The notes under the pieces were generated by a model. It was not told the origin of the DNA, ran no database searches, and saw nothing but the letters and a program-made list of their open reading frames with translations. From positions 60,437-124,436 of the forward strand of contig CAZNDX010000001.1 in NCBI GenBank assembly GCA_964572035.1: a stretch of 64,000 nucleotides of DNA, given 5' to 3'. Position 1 is the stretch's first letter, and each line of letters starts with the position of its first letter. The stretch comes from an uncultured Methanosarcinales archaeon (GTDB taxonomy: Archaea > Nanobdellota > Nanobdellia > Woesearchaeales > ARS49). The translations under genes were made by a program, and so were the position numbers. Of this stretch, positions 46,860 to 56,817 are shown one piece after another.

Positions 46860-47369
46860 TCAGCGGACATTAAGCTGCTGAATAGGGGTCACGACCTTTG
46901 TCTTACCCTTATAATAGACTGAAACCACGTAGCTTATCTTTGTTTTAATCTCGCCACGCGCGACAAACTTGTCATTTACCCATGCCTGCTCGTTAGGGTC
47001 AAACGCGAAGACATTGGAAGGCAATATACCCTCAACGCCATAGCCATAAAGCTCGGTTTCCCCATTCGGATAAATAACAGTTATCAGGAAAGAAACATCA
47101 TTTGCTATAGCAGGACTTCCAACTTCAGCCCTTGAAAGCAAAAGACGGCCAACAAGAGGAGTATTTGGACGAACACTCGCGGAAGGCTTATTGCCAATCA
47201 AATACGGATGCAAAGTGAACTGAATTCTGCCAAGACTTCCATCAGATACTGCGGCGCCGGTGGGACTTTTGAACTTGTAAAAACTATTGTACGGATTACG
47301 ATACGACGCCGCGGAAACCAAAGAGGCGCAAAAAACAACCAACAAAATCACAACAAGCAATTTTTTCAT
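46860..47369 (-). CDS. hypothetical secreted protein
   Basis: Signal peptide MKKLLVVILLVVFCASLVSAAS, then a beta-rich 150-aa domain. Confidence 0.45.
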   Translation of the reverse strand: MKKLLVVILLVVFCASLVSAASYRNPYNSFYKFKSPTGAAVSDGSLGRIQFTLHPYLIGNKPSASVRPNTPLVGRLLLSRAEVGSPAIANDVSFLITVIYPNGETELYGYGVEGILPSNVFAFDPNEQAWVNDKFVARGEIKTKISYVVSVYYKGKTKVVTPIQQLNVR

Positions 47370-47685
47370 GAAACATCACCTTTTTTAGAACAAAAAGAGA
47401 AAGAAGTATAAAAAACATTACGCCGCCAAATAGCCGCGCATAAAGCACAAATCAGAGGAATCCATATCCTCTTCCTCCTCAAAATAATCAATCGCCTGAT
47501 CATCGTAGAAGTCTACCATGCTCTCAACCTCAACTCCTGACGGCAAGTTTCCTTGGTCAGCAATTTCATCTGGTCAAAAAATATGTTTTGGATTTCCTGG
47601 GTTTCGTTCATATGTATCACCTCTTGAGAAAAATAGTTCATTTAGAGGTTTAAAAGCGCCATTTCACACAGTCCAGTGTCCAGTG

Positions 47686-48096
47686 TTAATGCCTCAAAGA
47701 AGCATGAAGAAGATCAAGCAAAGACTCTTCCCTCGCAATAATTAATGACAAAGCTTTTCTTACAGGCTCAGGACTGAATTCCGCACCCCTCGCGGCCAAA
47801 CGGACATGGTCTAAAACACTCACGCCCAAATCTTTGTTCTTTGAAGTTAAAATGTGAAGCTCATCAACAAGCTGATTCTGACACTGAGCATCCTTACACA
47901 AAGCGAGCTGGTCCTTCGCCTTTCCAACAATGGACTCAAGATTCGCGTTAAGAACCTCAAGACCCTGCTTAACAATCTGTTCCTCACCAAGAACGCCAGC
48001 GTCAATAATTCTGATTAAAACACTGAGCAAGCGCTTGGCGCGCTGAACCTTGAACTTCTGCAACTCCTCAAAACGCTGAACGTTTTTTACGTCCAT
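47686..48096 (-). CDS. hypothetical helical protein (possibly PhoU/DUF47-like)
   Basis: 136 aa, all-helical. Abuts the next gene with no gap. Confidence 0.3.
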   Translation of the reverse strand: MDVKNVQRFEELQKFKVQRAKRLLSVLIRIIDAGVLGEEQIVKQGLEVLNANLESIVGKAKDQLALCKDAQCQNQLVDELHILTSKNKDLGVSVLDHVRLAARGAEFSPEPVRKALSLIIAREESLLDLLHASLRH

Positions 48097-48669
48097 TTAG
48101 TCACGCCCCACCAAGTCAGCAGTGCACGCGCCAATAACCGCGCTCAAAGTGACCGTGGCAAGCTGTTTATACGCAAGGACACTGTCAGTCATAAACTCCG
48201 GATTGAAAAGCCAAAGCGAAAGGAAAGCAGTAATCAGCGCGACAACATACAAAACAGTCAAACGAAGAGGCAAAAACTTGGCCAACTTCGGATCCTTTAT
48301 TCTCCTGAAACCAGTAAAGTACATGAAAACACCGCCAAAACAATACGCGATTGGAAACAAAAGAGTCGCGCGAACAACATCAATCTCAGCCGCAACTTTG
48401 ATTCCATAAACAAAAGTGTAATGAGCCGCCACACCCAAGAAAGCACCTATAACTCCTTTAGAAATGTCCTTCAAAGTCAACTTTCTCAAAGGATGCTCGC
48501 CAACTTCCTCAGAAATCTTCTTCTCAAACGCCTCAAGCTCCCTAAGCTCGCGAAGCTCTTCCTTCTCCTCTTCGTGAACAAGCTGCTCCTCCTTCTCAAG
48601 ACGAGACTGATTTTTAAGAATTCTATCAAGCTTGCTATTGATATCTTCCAAAGACACCTTCTTTTTCAT
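48097..48669 (-). CDS. hypothetical membrane protein with N-terminal coiled coil
   Basis: 190 aa. N-terminal charged heptads (EKEEQLVHEEEKEELRELRELEAFEKK), then 4 TM. Confidence 0.4.
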   Translation of the reverse strand: MKKKVSLEDINSKLDRILKNQSRLEKEEQLVHEEEKEELRELRELEAFEKKISEEVGEHPLRKLTLKDISKGVIGAFLGVAAHYTFVYGIKVAAEIDVVRATLLFPIAYCFGGVFMYFTGFRRIKDPKLAKFLPLRLTVLYVVALITAFLSLWLFNPEFMTDSVLAYKQLATVTLSAVIGACTADLVGRD

Positions 48670-48711
48670 TAACAGAAATAAACACTCGAGTATATATAAA
48701 GATTGTTGGAG

Positions 48712-49770
48712 TTATAATGAGTTATTCTTCCAAGAAACCAAAGTGGTTGTGCCTTCCTTGCCGCCAACAACCTTCTTGGTATCAACAAAACCGCCCTGCG
48801 CGAGACGCTCAATTCTGCGCTGGAAAGTCTTATAGTTAGCCTCAGGGTCTTTTTCCTGGTACAATTTGAAGAGGTCGCCAATCTTCAGCTCTTCCTGGTT
48901 CTTGATTAAAGCCAAAATAGCTTTCGCGTCATCGCCAAGGTCCTCCTCCGGCTTAATACTAAAACCATCCATTTTCTCAAGCGCCTTTTTCACGTGCGCG
49001 TCTGAAATTTTCTTTGATAAAGAATCTTCCGCGGCAAAACCGGACTCTCTCAACAAGTGAAGACCAACACGAACATCGCCGGACTGGAACGCGCGGTCAG
49101 CGATTAATGAAATAGCAGTCTGGTCCCAAGAGCCAGGAACAAACGCAAAATCAACACGATGCTTCAAAATTCCCAAAATCTCATCCTTCGTGTATTTCTT
49201 GAAATCAATTCTTTCCGGAAGCAGTCTTGAACGGACACGCTCATCAACGTGATTATACCATTCAGGATGGTTGGTAATCATAATAATGGATTTCTTGAAG
49301 ACTTCAGTAAGAATGTCGTACAAAAAGTCAACATCAGAAACCTTGTCAACCTCGTCAAAAGCGAAAACAACAGCACTCTTATTGACGATGTTAAGAATAA
49401 TTTTGAAGAGGTCTTCAGTATTTTTGTTTTGGGTGAACTTATAGCCAAGCTGCTCGCAAAAATCGACAAAAATCTTGTAAGTAGAGTTTTTCTGCCAACA
49501 ATTGACATACAAAACGTGGACATCAGGAGCGTTAACATCAGGATGCTCTTCAAGTTCTTTTAGGACCAGCTTGACAGCCGCAGTCTTTCCAATACCAGGA
49601 GAGCCGGATATGATGCAGTTCCTTCCATTCCTGCCCTGAAGAAGAGGACTAATCATATGCGCAATCTGGTGATGCTGGGCCTCCCTATACGGAAGATTTT
49701 TTGGAAGCCACTCCGCATCAAGCGCATCCTCATTCTTAAAAACAGACTCCTGATTGCTAAACACACCCAT
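48712..49770 (-). CDS. orc1: Orc1/Cdc6 replication initiator
   Basis: The LPYREAQ motif, Walker A GSPGIGKTAAVK, Walker B VVFAFDEVDK, and a C-terminal winged helix. Confidence 0.85.
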   Translation of the reverse strand: MGVFSNQESVFKNEDALDAEWLPKNLPYREAQHHQIAHMISPLLQGRNGRNCIISGSPGIGKTAAVKLVLKELEEHPDVNAPDVHVLYVNCWQKNSTYKIFVDFCEQLGYKFTQNKNTEDLFKIILNIVNKSAVVFAFDEVDKVSDVDFLYDILTEVFKKSIIMITNHPEWYNHVDERVRSRLLPERIDFKKYTKDEILGILKHRVDFAFVPGSWDQTAISLIADRAFQSGDVRVGLHLLRESGFAAEDSLSKKISDAHVKKALEKMDGFSIKPEEDLGDDAKAILALIKNQEELKIGDLFKLYQEKDPEANYKTFQRRIERLAQGGFVDTKKVVGGKEGTTTLVSWKNNSL

Positions 49771-49820
49771 AACAAAAAGACCATAGATTAAGATTTAATA
49801 AGATTGTGGTGGTTGAATAA

Positions 49821-50135
49821 TTATCTAACTCTCGTCCCGCAATACCTGCAGAAAAAGTCAGCAGGAGAAACATTGGCCATGCAACGCGGGCAAAGCGCTT
49901 TTTGAGACTGAGCGTACTCCCTGACTCTTGGAGAGACCTGAGGGTGCGCCGCTTGGGAATGGGCAACCGGTTTTTCTTCCCTTGAGCCAAGCATGTAAAA
50001 CAAAGCAAGCTTGGCAACACCAACAACAACAAAAATTATTCCAACCCACACAAAAAAAGTCAAATCAGCAAAAATAGAAACGCCAGTAACAATCACTCCA
50101 ACGCCAAGCCAAGTCCACCACGGAATAGCGGCCAT
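49821..50135 (-). CDS. small membrane protein with C-terminal zinc ribbon
   Basis: Two TM helices, then CPRC...CRYC. Confidence 0.4.
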   Translation of the reverse strand: MAAIPWWTWLGVGVIVTGVSIFADLTFFVWVGIIFVVVGVAKLALFYMLGSREEKPVAHSQAAHPQVSPRVREYAQSQKALCPRCMANVSPADFFCRYCGTRVR

Positions 50136-51403
50136 TATTTCATCACCTCAAAGCCAGTATACTTCTGCAAAACCTTAGGAACATTAACGCTACCATCCTT
50201 ATTCTGGAAGTTTTCAATAATAGCAACAAGCGCGCGAGTTGTAGCGACGCACGTACTGTTTAGCGTGTGAGCGTACTCTCTTTTGTCCCCAATTTGAACC
50301 CGAATATTACATCCAACAGACTGGTAACTCGTGCAATTAGAACAAGAAACAACCTCGCGGAAAGCGTTCTGAACAGGATACCAAACTTCAATATCATACT
50401 TCTTCGCGGCAACAATACCCAAGTCACCAGTGCAGACATTAACAACCTGAAAATGCAAACCAAGGCTCTCAAAAAACTCCATCGCGTTCTTGATTAATTC
50501 TTCATGAATCTTCCACGACTGGTCAGGCTTGCAAAAAACAAGCTGCTCAACCTTATTGAACTGGTGGACTCTAAATATTCCTTTCTGGTCCTTGCCGTGA
50601 GCTCCCGCTTCCTTTCTGAAATTAGTAGAGATTCCGGCGTACTTAATTGGCAAATCTTTCTCTTCAAGAACTTCATTCATATACATCGCTGTCAAAGGAT
50701 GTTCGGAGGTCGCGATGGTGTACAAATCCTCACCCTCAATCTTGTACATAACTTCCTCAAAATCACCCAAGCTGGTTACACCCTCATAAGCTTGGCGGGA
50801 CATCATAAAAGGAGGAACAACAGGAACAAAACCCTTTTTTCTCATAAAATCCAAAGCATACTGGATTAAGGCATACTCAAGAACCGCCAGATCTCCTTTC
50901 AAAAAATACCATCTCGCGCCACTGATTTTAGCTGCGCGCTCAAGGTCAGCCCAGCCTTTCTCAACAATTAAGTCAGTATGGCTTTTCGGAGTAAACTTAA
51001 AACTTGGCTTCTTGCCAACAGTCTTAACCACTTGGTTTTCAGAATCGTCTTTTCCCTTAGGAACGGAATCGTGCATAATATTTGGAATTCTCAAAAGAAA
51101 ACCGCGAATACGACCTTCAAGCTCGGCAAGCTCCTTCTCGCCTTCCGCAATAATTTTTGGAATCTCTTTAGCTTCGGCGACAACCTTTGAAGCGTCCTTC
51201 CCATCCTTCTTCGCCTTGTTAATCTCCTCAGAAATCTTGTTTCTTCTAGCCCTCGCGGCGTCAACCTTGCCCTTCAACGCGCGCCAAAGCTCATCCTTCT
51301 TCAAAAGCTCATCAAGCAGTTCAATTAACTTAGAATCATTACGGCGACGCAAGTTCTCACGCACAATCTCAGGGTTTTCACGAACAAAATTAATGTCAAG
51401 CAT
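50135..51403 (-). CDS. serS: seryl-tRNA synthetase
   Basis: N-terminal coiled coil and class II motifs (FRKEAGAHGKD, GDLG..A.KYD.E.W). Confidence 0.9.
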   Translation of the reverse strand: MLDINFVRENPEIVRENLRRRNDSKLIELLDELLKKDELWRALKGKVDAARARRNKISEEINKAKKDGKDASKVVAEAKEIPKIIAEGEKELAELEGRIRGFLLRIPNIMHDSVPKGKDDSENQVVKTVGKKPSFKFTPKSHTDLIVEKGWADLERAAKISGARWYFLKGDLAVLEYALIQYALDFMRKKGFVPVVPPFMMSRQAYEGVTSLGDFEEVMYKIEGEDLYTIATSEHPLTAMYMNEVLEEKDLPIKYAGISTNFRKEAGAHGKDQKGIFRVHQFNKVEQLVFCKPDQSWKIHEELIKNAMEFFESLGLHFQVVNVCTGDLGIVAAKKYDIEVWYPVQNAFREVVSCSNCTSYQSVGCNIRVQIGDKREYAHTLNSTCVATTRALVAIIENFQNKDGSVNVPKVLQKYTGFEVMK

Positions 51404-51435
51404 AAAGAAAAAAGACGCACGTGTGTTTATAAATT

Positions 51436-53349
51436 TTAGGGCAATATACTCAAAATAGCGCCAACAATCCTCTTATACCACGGGACGCCATCAACAACCA
51501 TTCGAGCTTTAGCCTCAGACTCATAAGTCACACCCTTCTCATCCTCAAACTCCGCCAAAATAGTAAAAACAGGATTTGAAGAATAAAGCTGGGACGCCTC
51601 GACAACAACTGTGACATCCTGATCAATCAACAAATCGCCCATCGCCAAATTAGAAACCGCGCCAGCGCCAGAAACTCTGACCTTCACATTCCTCGGAACA
51701 GCAACACTTTGACGCTTCACCATAAAATTAATCTCAAAAACATCACCGGCTGAAACTTTCTGAGGCAAAATAACATCAGAAATCTCAACACTAGGGGAAT
51801 CAAGACGAATCAAAGACAACTGAGCCTTTGCGACATCAGAACCAAGCGTGGCGACAACCTCAACAGGATGAACGCCAGCTGACTTGGCAGGAACATTAAA
51901 CGAAACCTTAGACGCGCCTCTAGCTTCAAGAGTGACATCAACACAATTGGCTGAGCAAACCCTCGCGACACCACTCGGGCCATACGATTTCAAGACACAA
52001 TCAACAAAACCGACATCAGAAGAAATCATATCCTCCCTCAAAACGCAAGCCAACTCTATCGGATTAGGCTTTCTAACAGACGCCTGCTCAATCGCGGCAT
52101 CAACAACATTTTCCGACAAAGGAGACTCAAACTGACCAACACCAAAAGAAGTTGAAACGGTATCATTTCTAATCGTTGAAACAACAATCGGAACAGAATA
52201 CTGCATATTCTTGTTTATGTCATCCTTTATTTTTACTTTCCAACCGACGGCAGCTCTTGACTTCGGAGGCAAAATAACCTGCCTCGCAAAACCCTTTGAA
52301 ACCTCAAGCTCCTGAACAGGCGACAAAGTAAATTCCTTCGCCACATAATAATCGGCAAAATTCTCAAGCTCAAGAACAACCCCGTTATAGCTGCCGAAAC
52401 TCACGCGGTCGCGAACAACCTTCAAATTCATAGAAACATCATTGGGAACAGAACCTTCACTTGACAACTTATTCGCCTTAATAGTCAACGGATTCGTCTT
52501 AACACGACCGCCAAGCCATTCAACAGAAGTCGTCGGCTCACTAGGATCAAAACTTTCTTTCAACTTGATATGGCCTGGGTCAACCCAAGCGAACTCGCCA
52601 AAAGTAGGATCAAAAGGAACCCAGCCAACTCCCGGGAAATAAACCTCCGCCCAGCCGTGAGCGCCCCACGCGCCTGGGAAAGCGGGATTATCAGTATAAG
52701 CAACACCAGAAACAAACTTCGCGGGAATACCCAAAGAACGAACCATGGCTATAAACAAGCTCGTCATCTCATCACAAACACCATAACGATTCTCCAAAAC
52801 CCACGAAGCGGGCTGAGAAACATCCGCGGTCAGCGTACTAAGATTATAATCAACGTTAGTCTTAACCCACATCGCCAACTTAGACACAACAACAAACAAA
52901 TCATCCTCGCCATCCGCCAACGCCCTCGCCTGAGCGACTATAGCCGGATGGTTTGAATCAATATTCTTAGTCGGCTGCTGAAACTGCTTGAAAACATCAA
53001 TCCCAACAGGAAAAGGAATCTTCGCTCGAACACGAGGAGCGTCATTAGCAACGTCAACAACCGCGCGATAAGAATAAGACAAAGTCGGACCCTGAGGCCT
53101 TGACCAACCATAACGAACCCTATCGGATGAAATTACCGCAGGAGGATTCGCCTTGATTTCCCTAATCGCGGAAAACTCGCTGTTCTGAGGAACAAACATA
53201 ACATCAACAGCCAAATTCTTAACGTCACCATCCAAGTTCAACGAAGAAGAAACCTCGAGCTCAGTTTTGACAAGACCGGCTGAAAACCAATCAGTACTCG
53301 CGGCGAAAGCAAACGGGAGAATCAACAAAAATAAAAGAAGCCTCTTCAT
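51436..53349 (-). CDS. secreted transglutaminase-like (cysteine protease fold) protein
   Basis: Signal peptide. Core GVCDEMTSLFIAMVRS (Cys), HGWAEVYFPGVGWVPFDPT (His, Asp). Confidence 0.75.
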   Translation of the reverse strand: MKRLLLFLLILPFAFAASTDWFSAGLVKTELEVSSSLNLDGDVKNLAVDVMFVPQNSEFSAIREIKANPPAVISSDRVRYGWSRPQGPTLSYSYRAVVDVANDAPRVRAKIPFPVGIDVFKQFQQPTKNIDSNHPAIVAQARALADGEDDLFVVVSKLAMWVKTNVDYNLSTLTADVSQPASWVLENRYGVCDEMTSLFIAMVRSLGIPAKFVSGVAYTDNPAFPGAWGAHGWAEVYFPGVGWVPFDPTFGEFAWVDPGHIKLKESFDPSEPTTSVEWLGGRVKTNPLTIKANKLSSEGSVPNDVSMNLKVVRDRVSFGSYNGVVLELENFADYYVAKEFTLSPVQELEVSKGFARQVILPPKSRAAVGWKVKIKDDINKNMQYSVPIVVSTIRNDTVSTSFGVGQFESPLSENVVDAAIEQASVRKPNPIELACVLREDMISSDVGFVDCVLKSYGPSGVARVCSANCVDVTLEARGASKVSFNVPAKSAGVHPVEVVATLGSDVAKAQLSLIRLDSPSVEISDVILPQKVSAGDVFEINFMVKRQSVAVPRNVKVRVSGAGAVSNLAMGDLLIDQDVTVVVEASQLYSSNPVFTILAEFEDEKGVTYESEAKARMVVDGVPWYKRIVGAILSILP

Positions 53350-53990
53350 TGTATAACCGTCCCCACAAACTGCTTTCCATCAATACACCTTGAAAGATTG
53401 GGAAAATTTTTACCGCTAAGCACTATAACTTTCATCTTAAACTTTTTCGCAAGCTTTGACGCAACAGGGTCAAACGGCGCGTGCATACCAGAAACAAACT
53501 TTGACGAAATAAGACCAAGATAAGCATCCCAAGAAAGCCAGTTAAACGGCCTCGCGCCAAACTTTTTCGGATCCTTATTGTAAACGAAATCAACATTAGT
53601 GCAATTTATCACTTCTTTCACGCCGTTCTTCTTCGCCCACAAAACAGCGTCAACATCAGTAGAACCGCCGGTTTTCCAGCCACCAGCGACAATGATGTTA
53701 TCATTAGACTTCTTTGGCTCCTGTTTTACAGAGTTAACGCCAAGAACAACACGAACCAACTCCGCATTAAGCAAAGTCGCAGCAATACCGACATCATCGC
53801 GGGAATCGGACGAAACACCCAAAGAAGACGCGGCGCTCATATAATCTCTCGCGGGCTTTCCACCGCCGCACACAACAAAAAATTGCGCTTTCCTGCTTTT
53901 TATCAAAGAACGAAACGATTTTAGAAATTTAACATCAATTTTTCCAGAATTAATCAGACTACCGCCAACAGACAGCACCACTTTTTTCAT
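53346..53990 (-). CDS. pyrH: UMP kinase (amino-acid kinase family)
   Basis: MKKVVLSVGGS, FVVCGGG and GGWKTGGSTD motifs. Start taken at M7 of the track ORF. 4-nt overlap with the downstream gene. Confidence 0.8.
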   Translation of the reverse strand: MKKVVLSVGGSLINSGKIDVKFLKSFRSLIKSRKAQFFVVCGGGKPARDYMSAASSLGVSSDSRDDVGIAATLLNAELVRVVLGVNSVKQEPKKSNDNIIVAGGWKTGGSTDVDAVLWAKKNGVKEVINCTNVDFVYNKDPKKFGARPFNWLSWDAYLGLISSKFVSGMHAPFDPVASKLAKKFKMKVIVLSGKNFPNLSRCIDGKQFVGTVIQ

Positions 53991-54042
53991 AAAACACAAT
54001 AAATTCACACAATTTATAAAGGTTTTCAGACGAAATTAACAC

Positions 54043-54981
54043 ATGGACAAAATACCTGTAACAATCGTAACAGGCGCGCTAGGAAGCGGAAAAACAACAT
54101 TCGTAAACCAAGTGTTAACAGCCGAACACGGACTGCGCGTCGGAGTAATCGTAAATGAATTTGGCGAAATAGGAATAGACTCAGAACTTATTGTTTCCAG
54201 CAAAGAACAAATGATTGAGCTGGCAAACGGATGCGTGTGCTGCACAGTCCGCGGAGATTTGGTGGAAGCGGCAAAGCAACTCATCGCCACAAACAGAATT
54301 GATTACTTGCTTGTTGAAACATCAGGACTCGCAGAAGTCATACCAGTCGCGATGGCTTTTACAGTTGGTGATTTAGAAGAAAAATGCGACCTAGACAGCA
54401 TCATATGCGTAATAGACGCTGAAAATTATTATGATAATACAAGAAGACATCTTAGCGCGCTTGAACAATTACAGGCGAGCGACATAGTTCTCTTAAACAA
54501 AGTAGACTTGGTCACACCTGAAAGAATTGAAGACATCAAGGAAGATATCAAGAAAAAACTGCCAAACGCCACAATAATAGAAACGGTCAAAGCCACAGCT
54601 CCATTGAAAATGTTGTTGGGTGTTGGAAAGTTTGACATAGAAAAAACAAAAAGCTGGACTATAGAAGAAGACGAACACACCCACGAACACGTCGAAAGCT
54701 GCGTCGCCAAAACAGGACCGGTAGACTCCGACAAAGTGCAAGAGTTTTTGGAAAATCTGCCTGACAACATCTACCGCGCCAAAGGAATACTATGCATGAA
54801 AGAAAGCAAACCCGGCGAGGCTGATGAACTGCGAATTATTTTTCACAAGGTTGGAAAAAGGACTGGATTGGAATTCTCAAGACCATTTGAAGAAGGCGAG
54901 GCAAGGGAAACAAAGATTGTATTTATTGGGACAGAATTGGAGCCAAAGGAATTGCAGAAGAAATTGGAGAAGTGCGCGTGA
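54043..54981 (+). CDS. CobW/COG0523-family metallochaperone GTPase
   Basis: GALGSGKTT P-loop, GCVCCT metal-binding motif, and a C-terminal CobW_C-like domain. Confidence 0.8.
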   Translation: MDKIPVTIVTGALGSGKTTFVNQVLTAEHGLRVGVIVNEFGEIGIDSELIVSSKEQMIELANGCVCCTVRGDLVEAAKQLIATNRIDYLLVETSGLAEVIPVAMAFTVGDLEEKCDLDSIICVIDAENYYDNTRRHLSALEQLQASDIVLLNKVDLVTPERIEDIKEDIKKKLPNATIIETVKATAPLKMLLGVGKFDIEKTKSWTIEEDEHTHEHVESCVAKTGPVDSDKVQEFLENLPDNIYRAKGILCMKESKPGEADELRIIFHKVGKRTGLEFSRPFEEGEARETKIVFIGTELEPKELQKKLEKCA

Positions 54982-54992
54982 AAGAAAAAAAA

Positions 54993-55067
54993 TAGCGGGA
55001 GGTGGATTTGAACCACCGAGCTATGGGTTATGAGCCCATCGGGAACTCCTGGCTTCCCTACCCCGCT
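54993..55067 (-). tRNA. initiator tRNA-Met (anticodon CAU)
   Basis: A1:U72 terminal pair, three consecutive G:C pairs in the anticodon stem (GGG/CCC), loop CUCAUAA, and T-arm GGUGG-UUCAAAU-CCACC. These are archaeal initiator hallmarks. Confidence 0.8.
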
Positions 55068-55159
55068 GTGTTGTTGTTTGTTCTGGAAGTCTTTTATAAA
55101 GGTTTGCGTCACGAAACGTTTAAATAGCATCACACAGCGTTTTTGAATAATATCGATAT

Positions 55160-55245
55160 GCCGGCGTGGCACAACCTGGTACTGCGCGGGATTGCTAATC
55201 CCGTTTCCCGAAAGGGATTTCCCGGTTCAAATCCGGGCGCCGGCG
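55160..55245 (+). tRNA. tRNA-Ser (anticodon GCU), class II with long variable arm
   Basis: Acceptor GCCGGCG/CGCCGGC, anticodon stem CGGGA/UCCCG with loop UUGCUAA, variable stem CCC-GAAA-GGG, and T-arm CCCGG-UUCAAAU-CCGGG. Confidence 0.85.
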
Positions 55246-55249
55246 TTTT

Positions 55250-55756
55250 ATGAACAAATACGTTATCCACATCAAGCCATCAGTAGACTTAGAAGAAAGA
55301 CTAAAACAAGTCCAGCAAATAATCAAACCGCACACAAACAAACTCACAACATACTTTCACTCAACACTTCTTGTTGTCCGCGCGCAAAGTCCGGACTATC
55401 TTTGCGAACAACTAGAAAAAATACAACACTCGCCATTCTGCGTCGAGCCATCATCAGAACCATACGCGGCGTTTGACAAAGGCGCAATAGTTTTGAAACT
55501 GAGCTCACTTGGAATGAAAAGCCTTCACAATGAAGTGTTAAACTCACTAAGAGACGTTTACGAACAACAACCAAGCACGCCATACGTTGGGGAAAACTAC
55601 AACCCGCACATAACAATCGCTGACGGAAAACCTGAAGCGATAAAAAACATACCCTTCGTCAGGCTATGCGCGTTTCACTCAAACGAGTTTATCATTTCTG
55701 AGAAAAACGGCGGATGGAAAGAAATCGCCAAATATGAACTGAAAATAAAGAATTAA
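55250..55756 (+). CDS. 2H phosphoesterase (ThpR/LigT-like RNA 2',3'-cyclic phosphodiesterase / 2'-5' RNA ligase family)
   Basis: Two H-x-(T/S)-x motifs (FHSTL and PHITI) at the spacing typical of the 2H family. It starts 5 nt after tRNA-Ser. Confidence 0.65.
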   Translation: MNKYVIHIKPSVDLEERLKQVQQIIKPHTNKLTTYFHSTLLVVRAQSPDYLCEQLEKIQHSPFCVEPSSEPYAAFDKGAIVLKLSSLGMKSLHNEVLNSLRDVYEQQPSTPYVGENYNPHITIADGKPEAIKNIPFVRLCAFHSNEFIISEKNGGWKEIAKYELKIKN

Positions 55757-56088
55757 TATCTGTCCTTGTGCTGAAGCTGATTGTGAACGCTCTCAAACGC
55801 CTTGTGAAGCGCAGTTGGCAAATCCCAATCATCGTGGTTTGAACTGTCAATCAAAAACTTTGAAAACTGCAATTTCAAATGCATAGAATACTTCTTGCGA
55901 TCGCCTTCCTTACTGTAAACCTTAACTTGAAGACTTCCATTAATAGAATCGTTAGGGCGCTTTCTCTTGAGCTTGTCAAGTTCGCCCTCAACAACCGAGT
56001 TAAGAACTTCCCTTTCACCAGCCTGCAAGTCACCAACACCAATGTACTGAATGACTTGCGGTTTCTCGCTAGATTTTGTGCTAGACAT
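55753..56088 (-). CDS. hypothetical protein (possible HPF/RaiA-like beta-alpha-beta-beta-beta-alpha fold)
   Basis: 111 aa. Only topology-level resemblance to HPF/RaiA. Confidence 0.3.
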   Translation of the reverse strand: MSSTKSSEKPQVIQYIGVGDLQAGEREVLNSVVEGELDKLKRKRPNDSINGSLQVKVYSKEGDRKKYSMHLKLQFSKFLIDSSNHDDWDLPTALHKAFESVHNQLQHKDRY

Positions 56089-56151
56089 ACATTTTCTGGA
56101 AGAACACCCTTATTTAAACATTATGGTAGCAAAGATTTTTAATATTGACAG

Positions 56152-56814
56152 ATGAATAAAGAACACATGAAAATCTGCGGAATAGACGAAGCGGGACGAG
56201 GATGCGTAATAGGCCCCCTTGTAATCTGCGGCGCAATGATAGAAGAGGACAAACAGGAAAACCTCAAAAACATGGGCGTCAAAGACAGCAAACTACTGAC
56301 TCCGCTAAAAAGAGAAAGACTATTTGACGATTTGCAGGAAGTCGTGAAATATGAAATAATAATAATCAGCCCCTCCGAAATAGACTCGTACGTTCTTTCA
56401 GAAACTGGCGATAACCTAAACTGGCTTGAAGCGCAAAAAAGCGTGGAAATCATCAACAGACTAAAACCGGAAAAAGCAATACTCGACTGCCCAAGCCAAA
56501 ACACCAAAGCATACAAAGAATACGTCACCGAAAGACTGCTTCACAAGAAACTAGACATTAAAGCGGAACACAAGGCAGATTTCAATTACCCAATTGTAGC
56601 TGCCGCGAGCATACTCGCAAAAGTAACGCGCGACGCCGAACTCGCAAAAATCAAAAAAGACGTCGGCGAAGACTTTGGAAGCGGATACATGGCAGACCCA
56701 AAAACAGCGGCGTTCCTCAAAAAAAACTGGAACAAATACCCATCAATATTCAGACAAAGCTGGGCACCATACCAAGCATTACAAAAAGGCGGAGCTCAGA
56801 AAAAACTCATTTAG
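56152..56814 (+). CDS. rnhB: ribonuclease HII
   Basis: ICGIDEAGRGCVIGPLVI catalytic DEAGRG motif. 220 aa. Confidence 0.9.
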   Translation: MNKEHMKICGIDEAGRGCVIGPLVICGAMIEEDKQENLKNMGVKDSKLLTPLKRERLFDDLQEVVKYEIIIISPSEIDSYVLSETGDNLNWLEAQKSVEIINRLKPEKAILDCPSQNTKAYKEYVTERLLHKKLDIKAEHKADFNYPIVAAASILAKVTRDAELAKIKKDVGEDFGSGYMADPKTAAFLKKNWNKYPSIFRQSWAPYQALQKGGAQKKLI

Positions 56815-56817
56815 ATT

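Noticed and set aside
47400-47620. Two short minus-strand ORFs (32 and 33 aa; MNETQEIQNIFFDQMKLL... and acidic MVDFYDDQAIDYFEEEEDMD...) in a 316-bp intergenic region
   Set aside because: No motif, no SD or TATA context I could support, and they are in different frames. They could be a frameshifted remnant. They are noted but not called.
49771-49820. Replication origin next to orc1/cdc6
   Set aside because: The intergenic regions are too short (about 50 bp) and carry no repeated ORB-like motif or AT-rich unwinding element.
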